Shown: positions 1 through 11,862, counted from the first letter of the stretch. The stretch is 64,000 bases of DNA from Eledone cirrhosa (GCA_964016885.1 OZ024757.1:18166001-18230000); one strand, 5' to 3'. The notes: a model not told the origin generated them from the letters alone. Numbers and translations are program-made.

Positions 1-44
1 AAATATATATTATATATATTATTATATATATATATATATATAAC

Positions 45-78
<34 letters not shown>

Positions 79-280
79 TATATTATATATATATATAAAT
101 ATATATTATTATATATATATATAAATATATATTATTATTATATATATATATATATAACTAACTATATATATATATATATAAATATATATTATTATATATA
201 TATATATATAAATATATATTATTATATATATATATATATATAACTAACTATATATAAATATATATTATTATATATATATA

Positions 281-320
<40 letters not shown>

Positions 321-408
321 TATATTATATATATTATTATATACATACATATATCTTATATACATACACACTCACATATATAAATACACACATACATACA
401 TATATATA
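1..408. repeat. degenerate (TA)n microsatellite
   Basis: Direct reading; TA runs interrupted by tattat/taac. Confidence 0.95.
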
Positions 409-659
409 TTCTGTAGAATTTTACACTCCTGACTATATATTATTGTATTCAGCTATTTCAATTCATGTGCCTCTCCTCTCCTCATATATGCACAAATCAG
501 GCTATACATGTTTAGAGATTCAAACACACACACACACGCGCACACACACGCGCGCACGCACGCACACAGACACACACACACACACACACACACATTGTGT
601 GGAAGGAAATATATTTATCTGTGTGATACGATATCTATATCTATCAATTATCTCTTTCA

Positions 660-1295
660 TATATATGTATGTGTATATATATAAACATTCATATACATAC
701 ATACATGCATACACACACATACATACACATATATACATACATACATACACACATACATACACGTATATACATACATACATACACATATATACATACATAC
801 ACACATACACATATATACATACATACACACACATACATACACATATATACATACTTACAAACGCATACATACATATATACATACATGCACATGCATACAC
901 ATATATACATACACACATACACATATATACATACACACACACACGCATACATACACATATATACATACATACACACACATTCATACACATATATACATGC
1001 ATACATACATACATACACACATACATACACATATATACATACATACATACATACACACATATACACACATACACACATACATACACATATATACATACAT
1101 ACACACATGCACATATATACATACATGCACATACATACACACACACACATATATACATACACACACACATATGCATACTTACACACACATACATACATAT
1201 ATACATACACACATATACATACATGCACACACACACACACACGCACACATACATACTCATATATACATACATAGATATACATACATATATATATA
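660..1295. repeat. (CA/TACA/TA)n compound microsatellite
   Basis: Direct reading; source of H/T/Y/I-rich pseudo-ORFs. Confidence 0.95.
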
Positions 1296-1615
1296 AAGAA
1301 TTAGTATATCTACCAAAATATATATACAGATGCATACCTATGCTAGCAAATATATAGGTTTTGTCTTAGTAACTTTGTGGTTCAATGCAAGGGGATGCAG
1401 AACAATTATATGAAAGACGTAAAGTAAGAAAATTATAAAAATTAACTTACTTTACGTCTTTCATATAATTGTTCTGCATCCCCTTGCATTGAACCACAAA
1501 GTTACTAAGACAAAACCTATATATTTGCTAGCATAGGTATGCATCTGTATTTATATGTTGGTAGATATACTAATTCTTTATATATATATATGTATGTATA
1601 TCTATGTATGTATAT
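1261..1615. repeat. long inverted repeat (fold-back), 17-nt loop 1429-1445
   Basis: Left arm ends aaagtaag (1428), right arm starts cttacttt (1446); near-perfect complementarity extends into the flanking microsatellite. Confidence 0.93.
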
Positions 1616-1782
1616 ATGTGTATGTGTGTGTATGTATATATGTGTATGTATGTGTGTGTGTGTAAGTATGTATATATGTGTATGTATGTGTGTGGGTGTC
1701 TGTATGTATATATCTGTATGTGTGTATATATATATGTGTATGTATGTATTTATGTGTATATATATGTATATATGTGTGTGTA

Positions 1783-1842
<60 letters not shown>

Positions 1843-2251
1843 CATGACGGTTGCAACTCGATTTCGAGTAATGCCATAGCTTGATACTTAAGCATGAACA
1901 TCACAGACGCGGATTTTCAGTCCTGCCAGGGTCTTGCCTATGGCCAGCCATGCCATGCATCGCAGCATATGCCACATATCAAGCGATGCCGGTACTGCAA
2001 GCTTTTTTAAGTTAGGAAAGCCTTTAGACGGGGGCAATCACACTCTCTAAACATTAAATGCATTTGCCCAACACGTAGAACCGGTCTACAACATTGGATG
2101 CAAAGGAAGTCGCAGGTTTTATATCAGAGTGACCTTCTCTTGGAGAAATGACTTAATGAAGGCTGGGACTGTCTCGCTCTACAAAAAATAAAAACATACA
2201 TACATACATACATACATACATACATACATACATACATACAAATATATGTGT

Positions 2252-2318
<67 letters not shown>

Positions 2319-2427
2319 TGCGTGTGTGTGTGTATGTGTGTGTGCGTGTGTACGCGCGTGCGTGTCAGTGTGTAAGTAATGATACATGCAAATATCAAAA
2401 TCCAGAGAGGGCTCGATAAAAGTTGTG

Positions 2428-2990
2428 TATAAGAGCGAGTCCTGAACATTTCCTGGCTTTAAGGGTAAAGCTAAAGGGTAGAACTGTCACCGTTACAGTA
2501 GGACAAATATTTAGGGAAAGATGGGCAAAGAACCGGGATTGTATACAATTTATCATTCTCTTCTTTCACAGATTTAGCGCACGATAAGAGATCACACAGT
2601 GGATTTGGGTAAAACTGAAGTACGGGTGGCCATGAAGTTGATCTTCTTGCAAGTCAATCGTTCAGTAGAAGTTTTTAGCGAGATGAAGGAAGTCTTGATC
2701 AATGGCTGTCCATCTTACTCCACCGTGGAATCTGGGTTTCGGGCTGATCATTTCGAAGTCACATGAACCAGGATCATGTAGAACAACTTCCATGACCACA
2801 GAGGCCAGGATCATGTAGAACAACTTCCATGACCACAGAGGACAAAGCCGATGCTGTGCACGTCATGATTCTTGAGGACCACCGGATTTCAGCTGAAGTT
2901 ATAATTGAGACTCCAGGGATTTCCCACCAAAGTATTGGTCATAAAATCCACAGCCCTCCGGGCATGATAAAATCATTCCGCAAAATGCCT
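2428..2990 (+). mobile_element. mariner-family transposon 5' remnant (TIR-like start, degenerate N-terminal HTH of transposase)
   Basis: From about 2600: EVRVAMKLIFLQ..EVFSEMKEVL..CPSYSTV..TTEDKADAVHVMILEDHRISAEVIIETPGISHQSIGHKIH, mariner-like; 37-bp tandem duplication 2768-2841. Confidence 0.8.
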
Positions 2991-3024
2991 GAACAAATAC
3001 ACAAAGGCCAACAAGCTTGAGACC

Positions 3025-3581
3025 CATGAATACGTAGGTAAGGTCCTGGTCCAATTTAAACAAAGATTATAGCTGCACCTTTCCTCATTTAGATATCCCA
3101 ATATGTTAATCACCACAGCACTGGCAAAGAGGGTCTGGCAGCTAAAGGAAAAGGGAATAATACCCCCACGATATCACATGGAAATTACTCAAAAAGTCAA
3201 CACCATATAAAGAGGTAGCAAAAAATGCTCGCTTCTGTCTCAGAGAGAAATTCAGTATCTTAAGGGATATTTCGACATTCACCGGATATTTGACAACACA
3301 CAAAACAAGACGGTGTAAGAGAGAACAAAGGAGAGACACAAAATAAAAACTCACTCACTGAGGAAGTCACAGAATGTGTGATGAAACAGATTTCACAATA
3401 TATGAACAACCATCCGTTTATCGAACCAAACAACCAACAGGAAATGTATGATAAATTGAAATGAAAACCAACAGGTGCGTGTGTTTTTTATTGGCAGCAT
3501 GGCCATCACAAAATATAACAAAACCTACTTCAACACACGTTTTTGACATAAGAAATCTTGCAAAACAAATTCAAAAACGAA

Positions 3582-3585
<4 letters not shown>
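3025..3585 (+). mobile_element. Penelope-like element 3' end: degenerate GIY-YIG endonuclease plus family-B tail, ending at (TA)n
   Basis: YVGKVLVQFKQRL*LHLSSFRYP..TTALAKRVWQLKEKG../ITWKLLKKSTPYKEVAKNARFCLREKFSIL resembles the Neptune-type PLE C-terminus; HHR-like CTGAGGA..GAAA at 3358-3386; tail related to 30647-30790. Confidence 0.78.
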
Positions 3586-3631
<46 letters not shown>

Positions 3632-3634
<3 letters not shown>

Positions 3635-3697
3635 AAGGGATGTAACTATGCTAGAAAGCATGGCGTCCAACCCTCTACCGATATCACCAGCAGTAGA
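3632..3697 (-). mobile_element. SINE 5' fragment
   Basis: Matches the head of the SINE family found throughout the window. Confidence 0.75.
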
Positions 3698-3790
3698 ATT
3701 TAAAGAGCAAAGATCAAGTCCAGTCCATAAGTTGACATTATCAAGCCATCGTTTTGGTTGCCGGCTTCTTCTTGTCTTACCAGTCAACCT
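3698..3790 (-). mobile_element. RTE-group LINE C-terminal fragment
   Basis: GKTRRSRQPKRWLDNVNLWTGLDLCSL matches the RTE G.R.RGRP..RW.D motif. Confidence 0.6.
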
Positions 3791-3791
3791 G

Positions 3792-3940
3792 GTCGCAGAC
3801 TGCACCAGGTTGCGGCTGGAGAAAGTGTCGCGGCAAGTGGCATCCCAGACGAAGCGTTTGCCACCGCGGAACACGGGAAGATGGTCATACCGTCTGGCCT
3901 TTTGCCGTCTCTCGGTCCGGTCCCACCGGCTCGAACTGCA

Positions 3941-3986
<46 letters not shown>

Positions 3987-4190
3987 TGCAGGGTTCCCCT
4001 TCCAGTTCGAGCCGGTGGGACCGGACCGAGAGACGGCAAAAGGCCAGACGGTATGACCATCTTCCCGTGTTCCGCGGTGGCAAACGCTTCGTCTGGGATG
4101 CCACTTGCCGCGACACTTTCTCCAGCCGCAACCTGGTGCAGTCTGCGACTAACCCAGGTACTACTGCAAGTGGGGATGAGGAGGCCAAAC
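3792..4190. mobile_element. CRE-like RLE retrotransposon fragment present as an inverted duplication around a central (TA)n
   Basis: RDGKRPDGMTIFP/FRGGKRFVWDATCRDTFSSRNLVQSATNPGTTASGDEEAK is a restriction-like endonuclease motif; arms 3792-3943 and 3984-4149. Confidence 0.82.
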
Positions 4191-4504
4191 TCATTCATTC
4201 TCAGCCCCACACACATCGACACAGTCTCAACCTCCTCCATCAAATCCTATAACTCCTTCACTGTATTTGTCACCAAGACCTATGTCGTCGGCAAATTCAA
4301 CATTCTATATCTTTTTCGCCTTTACTCCCCTGCTCTGAGCCAGTGTTAAAATAAAGCCAGAGTCCTGGTGTTTTTCCAGCGCAAGGCGCATACAATAGTC
4401 CACTACGATGATAAAAAGTAGGGAGCCAATGCATCTCCGTGGAACACTCCAGCCAGTATCTCAAAGAACTCTGTCATCCCATCAGATGTTGGTGTAGAGC
4501 ACTG
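4190..4504 (-). mobile_element. RTE-group LINE reverse-transcriptase fragment (same family as 56.4-58.5 kb)
   Basis: Closely matches 58057-58182 and the reverse complement of 58280-58535 (GVLQGD, FADD regions). Confidence 0.88.
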
Positions 4505-4761
4505 AAAATGCTTTTGTTTAAATGAGGATATCAGTTATGTCTTTAGTCCATATGACTTATAGCCCAGAGCAGGATAGCTAAACGACAGTTCACAGTTTAA
4601 TCCAATCGTAAAATTCCAATCTTATCAGCGTAACAATATCATTGAGTATATACACACAAAATATAAAGTTTAACAAGATTTTTAATTAAATATTTCAATT
4701 GACTGAGTAATATAAATCCTTGTTAATCTTTATTCTTTATATATATAAATATATATATATA

Positions 4762-5005
4762 TAAGCAAAGAGTTATTTAATTTGTTGGCTATTAAACAAA
4801 TGTATTTATAGCAGATTAGAAGCACTCTCCAAAATTCTTCTGGAGTATAATATTAATAAATGGAAACTATCTTTATAAAAGCATATTATTTTATTATATA
4901 TATTTCAAGGGTACCAACATTTTTGGTACGCCCTCATCAGATAAAATACAAAAGATGTTTTACAGATAGTGACATATCCAAAATAGGAACTTATCGATTT
5001 AAGTT

Positions 5006-5010
<5 letters not shown>
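4762..5010 (-). mobile_element. family-A HHR element in (TA)n
   Basis: Homologous to 14840-15102, 6925-7084, 20304-20668, 42105-42351; TA flanks. Confidence 0.8.
4887..4948 (-). ncRNA. type-I hammerhead ribozyme (family A)
   Basis: tattttat CTGATGA gggcgtacc..ggtaccctt GAAA tatata TA ataaaata; stems I and II pair. Confidence 0.85.
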
Positions 5011-5065
<55 letters not shown>

Positions 5066-5550
5066 AGGGAGTGTAACTTGGAGTTACTTTAGGTTCACCC
5101 GGGTGAGCACTCGATGTTTGGGTTCACTTCAGTGTCGAGGTGGAGAGCTAGATAGAGTGTATTATAGTGAAATGATCGTCCTTGTTATCTTATTTCACTA
5201 TATATATATATACTTGGGGAGAGTCATATTTGTGTAATAATATTGCCAGAATTAATCACAGAACACTCTCCCTGGAAAGGAGACTATATCTGTGTGTATC
5301 AGCAAACGTTGTACACACATAGATATTTTTTCAAGTTCCAATTGAGTTCTAGCACGTGGCATGAATTCCTTTTAGAGTTCATTGCTATGGCATTGTTTTT
5401 TTTTGCGGTAATTTACTTCCTCGTTTTTGAATCAGTTTGAGTATTTCTTTAGAACTGCTGGACTAGCAACCTGAGAGATACCTCAGGCACTGATGATGAT
5501 TATCGTTAAATACTGATGTTTAGATTATCAATATTAGTATTATTGGGGCA

Positions 5551-5677
5551 CCCACTGATGAATTATAGGAGCCCACTTGAATATATATCTATTGATGGTA
5601 TACAAGCTCCTACATAAATTGGTATAATTTCACCCAAATTGTAGGAATCCTATAATGAAACGAGACGTCCGTCTGGG
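5551..5677 (+). ncRNA. type-I hammerhead ribozyme with greatly extended stem II
   Basis: ccca CTGATGA attatagga ..about 75 nt.. tcctataat GAAA cg agacgtc cg TC tggg. Confidence 0.78.
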
Positions 5678-5856
5678 AAGAGATATATTCGATATATCTC
5701 ATATGAAATAATGCAGCCAATTTTCCACACAATACAATTAGTTAGCACCCCGAGCGTTTAATTAGGAATATACTCACTTATTTCCTAATGTTTGTTGAGT
5801 GAGTTGGAATTTGGCCGGAGTATCGCTAAAAAGCTTTCTGCGATAATGTATTTATT

Positions 5857-5902
<46 letters not shown>

Positions 5903-6424
5903 ATATTTATATATATATACATATATATATTTATATATACACACATATACATACGTATTTTTTCTGATATCTTAGAAAATATTTATGTATTTTGAAGACT
6001 ATGTTTTCCATTATTAGGAGATTGTCCAGAAATCTATATTGCAACCTTTAAAAAAAATTAATTCCATAGTCTTGATAGGGGTCAGTTTAATTAACTAACT
6101 AAGGGATCACACGCTATGGTAAAGTAACTTCTTAAGCACCACAAAGTCATGTTTGCACCTATACAAAGGGAAGCAACTTCTGTGTGCGTGTGTATGTATG
6201 TGCGCGCCTGGGTTTGTGTTGGGCGTAGATTTCAATAAGTGCGTGTGTGTATGTGTGAGTATGAGTGTGTGTTAGTGTGTGTATGTGTGAGTATGAGTGT
6301 GTGTGCGAGTGTATGTGATATCTTCAATAAAAACACCGATAGAAATGAGAAATGGTTATAGCTTGCTGATAATATTGATCTACACACAACAATACATGCG
6401 TGTGTGTGTGGCTGTATAAGTGTG

Positions 6425-6495
<71 letters not shown>

Positions 6496-6862
6496 CGTGT
6501 GTGTGTGGTTGTATGTGACTGTCTCTGGCTGTGTATCAATAATCCCCGTGTGTAGTTGCGTATATATATATGTCTGCACGTGTATGTATATGCGCCTATA
6601 TTTGTGTATATGTGTATGTGAGCATATTTCTGTCATTCTATCTGTATGTGTGTATGTGTGCGTCTTTGTATATGGATAATCATTGACATATTTGTAATGA
6701 ATAACATGTGGATATATATATGGGGGAGGGGGTCGTATGCGTGAGTGTATGTATGAGGGTATCAGCATAAGCATATATATATATATATTAATTAACTAAA
6801 GGTTCATGTATGTGTGTTTGTGTATGTTTATGTATATGTGTGTACGTGTGCATATGTTTTAT

Positions 6863-6915
<53 letters not shown>

Positions 6916-6924
6916 TACATAAAA

Positions 6925-7081
6925 CATGTCCTTGAAATATGTATAATGAAATAAATATGGTTTTATAAACATAGTTTCCATTTGTTAATATCGTATGTTT
7001 ACTCCAAATACTTGTTGAGTGGTTTTTATCAGTTATGAAAAATATTTGCCTGTTGTATCCCAACAATTTAAATATAACTTT

Positions 7082-7084
<3 letters not shown>
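6925..7084 (+). mobile_element. family-A 3' fragment (starts just before the HHR GAAA)
   Basis: Homologous to 14948-15102. Confidence 0.8.
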
Positions 7085-7148
<64 letters not shown>

Positions 7149-7151
<3 letters not shown>

Positions 7152-7350
7152 CCAGTAAGACCCCGACGGCTGAGCTCAAGCCGTTTCGACGGCTAATTCT
7201 GGACTAAATTTAGTCCAGAATTAGCCGTCGAAACGGCTTGAGCTCGGCCGTCGGGGTCTTACTGGTTCCTATTACCCACTCTACTACCCTAAGTATTGAG
7301 TACTTTGGTGCGTTATGGTTTACCTGGTTCCTTACCACATTTTCTTCGTT
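7149..7350 (+). mobile_element. family-C fold-back element (120-bp palindrome 7149-7268 plus tail) in (TA)n
   Basis: Near-perfect palindrome; each arm has GAAA CGGCttgagctc(a/g)GCCG TC ggggt, the 3' half of an HHR. Confidence 0.88.
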
Positions 7351-7615
7351 GTATATATATATATTAGCAATTGGAAAGACCAACGGAAACATTGTTCCCT
7401 CGGTCCGATTTGACGAAAGTCGATCGATTAGAGATTAGAGATATATAGCCTTTAGTATCGAATATTCGGCCCCGCTCCCCTTTATTAATTTTAAAGAATT
7501 TTTCTAAACCCCTTCCCCCGCTTTTATTCCAACCCACTTGTTAACTTTGGCTAAACTATGTCCGGTGAAATTATCTTTTAAGTCTTAGCATTCCTGCGAC
7601 AATTAATTTTCTTTA

Positions 7616-7800
7616 GGCGGTGAATTGGCAGTATCGGTAGAGGGTCGGACATACTTTCCAGCATAGTTACGTCCCCTTACGATCTGAGTTCAAATCCCAC
7701 CGAGGTTAACTTTGCCTTTCATCCTTACAGGATCGATAAAATAAAGTACCAGTAATACACTGGCTAATTGCTGGCCTTGTGCCAAAAATAGAAACAATTA
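7616..7800 (+). mobile_element. tRNA-derived SINE, 18-bp TSD
   Basis: A-box-like tggcagtatcggtag, B-box gttcaaatccc; TSD acaattaattttctttag at 7599-7616 and 7794-7811. Confidence 0.92.
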
Positions 7801-7834
7801 ATTTTCTTTAGACATTGACCAAATATTATGTATG

Positions 7835-8021
7835 GGCGGTGGATTGGCAGTATCGGTAGAGGGTCGAACACCATGCTTTGATGCATAGCGTTGCGGCCCT
7901 TGCCATTCTGAGTTCTAATCCCGCCGAGGTTAACTTTTCCTTTCATCGTTACGGGTTCGATAAAATAAAGTACCAGTAATGCACTGGGTGGTTGCTGGCC
8001 TTGTGCCAAAAGTAGAAACAT
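7835..8021 (+). mobile_element. tRNA-derived SINE
   Basis: Full-length copy; short TSD ttatgtat. Confidence 0.9.
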
Positions 8022-8330
8022 TTATGTATATAACCGGTGCCCCAGCATGGCCTCAGCCGGATAGCTGAAACAGTTAAAAGAGTAACCAAAAAGCTACTTT
8101 ACCACAAATCCCACAAGTAAATGGGATGGGTTGGGGTTCTCAATACGTAAACTAAACGACTAATTATGGTTCTTTAAGAATATCAACGGAAACAAGATAG
8201 AAAGATTATTATTTGGGACCCAAGAGTATGAATGTATGTAAATATTTATGTCTATATATGTATATACATATGTCATTATGTACGTAATATGCGTGTATAT
8301 GTGTATATTTATACGTACGTAATATATTTC

Positions 8331-8383
<53 letters not shown>

Positions 8384-8722
8384 GCATATATATATATATG
8401 TGTGTATATATATGCATATATATATATGTATATGTATATATATATGCATATTTATATATATATATGTATACATATATATATATATGTATACATATATATA
8501 TATGTATACATATATATATGTATATATATGTATATATATGCATATTTACATACATATATGTATATATATATACACATATATATTCGTATATATATATGTA
8601 TTATATATATCTATATATATCTATGTATATGCATATTTACATATATATATATACACATATATATTCGTATATATATGTATAATATATATATATATGTGAA
8701 TATATATATATATTATCTCAAT

Positions 8723-8997
<275 letters not shown>

Positions 8998-9049
8998 ATA
9001 TATATACATATTATCTCAATTATATATATATCTGTATGTATGTATGTGA

Positions 9050-9250
9050 GTCCCGGGTACAATCGGGTGTAACCACAGTAAGAAAGCTACTTGATAGATT
9101 AGTAGACTGCAAATATAATGATCAATGCAGAAATGGCTTCTACAGGACTAGCCCAGTTTCATTCAAAGGAAATCACCAAGAAAGCTTTCTTAATGATTAC
9201 ATTTGACTGAAACAGATCTAGTCCTGTAGAATCTGTATCTATATTTAACA
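9050..9250. mobile_element. family-D fold-back element, decayed (two degenerate HHRs back to back)
   Basis: ttctacaggactag..tttca / tgaaacagatctagtcctgtagaa; homologous to 41068-41265 and 14500-14614. Confidence 0.72.
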
Positions 9251-9454
9251 GGATATATATCTATACACTGTCGCTATTAACTATCAACTAACCCACTGAC
9301 TGACCGACCATATATATACACTGGATATATCTAAACTGTGTGTATGTGTGTTCGTTAGGATTTCCAGCCCTCTATTGTGTATATAGATGTCTTTTGGTTG
9401 CGTGTGTTTCAGTGCGTGTGTGTGTAAGCCTGTGTTCGTGTGTGCGGATTATCA

Positions 9455-9503
<49 letters not shown>

Positions 9504-9578
9504 GTGAAAAAATGGGGAGAAGAATACTGCAGGTTGCACATGGATAACATGTTATAAAATATATAACATGTTATAAAA

Positions 9579-9616
<38 letters not shown>

Positions 9617-9653
9617 CATATGCACAGACCGTATATATTTACATGTGTGTGTG

Positions 9654-9859
9654 TTAACTCTTTAGCATTCACATTACTCTATATATACTATTATATTTTC
9701 ATGGTAAAGGCTTTATCTCACATAATATCGAATCTATGAGATTTTGAAAGATTTTTTTTTTTAGAATAATACCTTAACATCAGTATGAGTGGCCTGTTAC
9801 AGCCAGTTTCAACAGAAAGAGGTTTAGAATTCTGGCCGGTTTGAACATTAAAGGGTTAA
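9654..9859. mobile_element. piggyBac-type MITE with TTAA ends
   Basis: TTAA-ctctttagcattca ... tgaacattaaaggg-TTAA, imperfect TIRs. Confidence 0.65.
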
Positions 9860-9860
9860 G

Positions 9861-10024
9861 TATTTCCATAGAAAGTATAAAGGAAAGAAGAGTGCTCTAT
9901 GGAGAGTACAAAGCTATTTAATTACATAATAAACAACACAATATAGTTATTCCATTACCAAAGGTTTCAGGAGATTACGTTTCTGTAAGGACCTTCTAGT
10001 CTCCTGAAACCTTTGGTAATGAAT
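9861..10024. mobile_element. family-E fold-back element; inversion at HHR stem II
   Basis: Palindrome 9953-10021; homologous to the intact copy at 31680-31850. Confidence 0.78.
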
Positions 10025-10107
10025 TAATATATATATATATGTATGTATGTATGTAAGTATGAATATATATATATATATGTATGAATATATATATTTATAT
10101 GTGCATA

Positions 10108-10154
<47 letters not shown>

Positions 10155-10181
10155 ATGAATATATATATTTATATGTGCATA

Positions 10182-10232
<51 letters not shown>

Positions 10233-10243
10233 TAAATTTAGCT

Positions 10244-10351
10244 ATCCCGCCGAGGTTGACTTTGCCTTTCATCCTTACGGGGTCGATAAAATAAAGTACC
10301 AGTAATGCACTGGGTATTTTGCTGGCCTTGTGCCTAAAGTAGAAACAATTA
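10244..10351 (+). mobile_element. 5'-truncated SINE, 13-bp TSD
   Basis: TSD attaaatttagct at 10231-10243 and 10348-10360. Confidence 0.92.
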
Positions 10352-10476
10352 AATTTAGCTCTCATAGACCACTCTTCACTCCTATGACTTTTTCAATTTT
10401 CAACGGAAACTTCAATACTTATATATATATGTATAGATAAATATACACGGGTGTGTATGATTGTGTATAGAAGATT

Positions 10477-10833
10477 ATATTAATAAAAGGAATTCCAACT
10501 TTGTCTGATTTACTCGTTTTATTTACAATCCTTTAAAATTTATAATGGTATTAGAATGAAATAGTATGGTAGAATATTAAATGTTAAGTGTTAATTGAAC
10601 AAGTACTTTCATGCTTTCGCAATCTTCAGGTTCACATTTTGTGGTGACAGCCAAGTTTGCAATTTTAAATTTTCAACAGTTGAAAATTGCAAACTTGACT
10701 GTCACTTAACATTTAATATTCTTTAACACTTAACATTTAACATTCTATCATACTATTTCATTCTAATACCATTATAAATTTTAAAGGATTGTAAATAAAA
10801 CGAGGAAATCAGACAAAGTTGGAATTCCTTTTA

Positions 10834-10840
<7 letters not shown>
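10477..10840. mobile_element. fold-back element, about 115-bp arms enclosing an HHR and an inner hairpin
   Basis: Arms 10477-10593 and 10724-10840; inner hairpin 10644-10705. Confidence 0.85.
10596..10634 (-). ncRNA. minimal type-I hammerhead ribozyme
   Basis: tgaac CTGAAGA ttgc gaaa gcat GAAA gtac TT gttca. Confidence 0.78.
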
Positions 10841-10921
<81 letters not shown>

Positions 10922-11164
10922 TATAAATATATATGTATTCATACATACATATACGAGCACCATATTTTTGTCCATGTACCTGAATGAAGGGCCAGTTTAA
11001 AAGACCCCCCTTCATTACACAGTGGTGGCCATAATTGGACCCCGAAACCAATGATAGCACATACATGTTAAGCGTATGAAACTTTGTTTATACTAAATAA
11101 TCTCTCTTGCAAAAGATTAAACACTGTTTTCCTTGATCTAACATCTATGGATTTCTACCAACTT

Positions 11165-11318
11165 TATATATATATATAATATATATATATATATTATATA
11201 TATTATATATATATATATATTATATATATTATATATATATATATATATTATATATATATATATATATTATATATATTATATATATTATATATATATTATA
11301 TATATTATATATATATTA

Positions 11319-11366
<48 letters not shown>

Positions 11367-11653
11367 TATATATATAATATATATAATATATATAATATAT
11401 ATAATATATATATATATAATATATATAATATATATAATATATATATATATAATATATATATATATATAATATATATAATATATAATATATATAATATATA
11501 TATATATATAATATATATAATATATATATATAATATATATAATATATATATATATATATGTATATAATATATATAATATATATATATATATAATATATAT
11601 AATATATATATATATATAATATATATAATATATATAATATATATATATATATA

Positions 11654-11694
<41 letters not shown>
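11165..11694. repeat. (TA)n / (TATATATAA)n tract
   Basis: Direct reading. Confidence 0.95.
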
Positions 11695-11696
<2 letters not shown>

Positions 11697-11862
11697 CGAA
11701 GGTGTGGAACCAGTTGGACCATAACGCACCAGAGTACTCAATACTTAGGGTAGTAGAGTAATAGGAAAATGTTTAACCCCGACGGCAGAGCTCAAGCCGT
11801 TTCGACTGTCCACAAATAGCCATTGAAACGGCTTGAGCTCGGCCGTCGGGGTTAAACACTTT
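11695..11862 (-). mobile_element. family-C fold-back element
   Basis: Tail plus palindromic accccgacggc..gccgtcggggt. Confidence 0.87.

Noticed and set aside
443-1904. Overlapping H/T/Y/I and C/V/M ORFs (and similar ones throughout the window)
   Set aside because: Microsatellite artefacts with no domain content.
3648-4349. 233-aa GC-rich ORF as a host gene
   Set aside because: Mosaic of SINE, LINE and an inverted RLE fragment reading through (TA)n.
7616-7700. tRNA gene (A and B boxes)
   Set aside because: No cloverleaf; it is the head of a high-copy SINE with TSDs.
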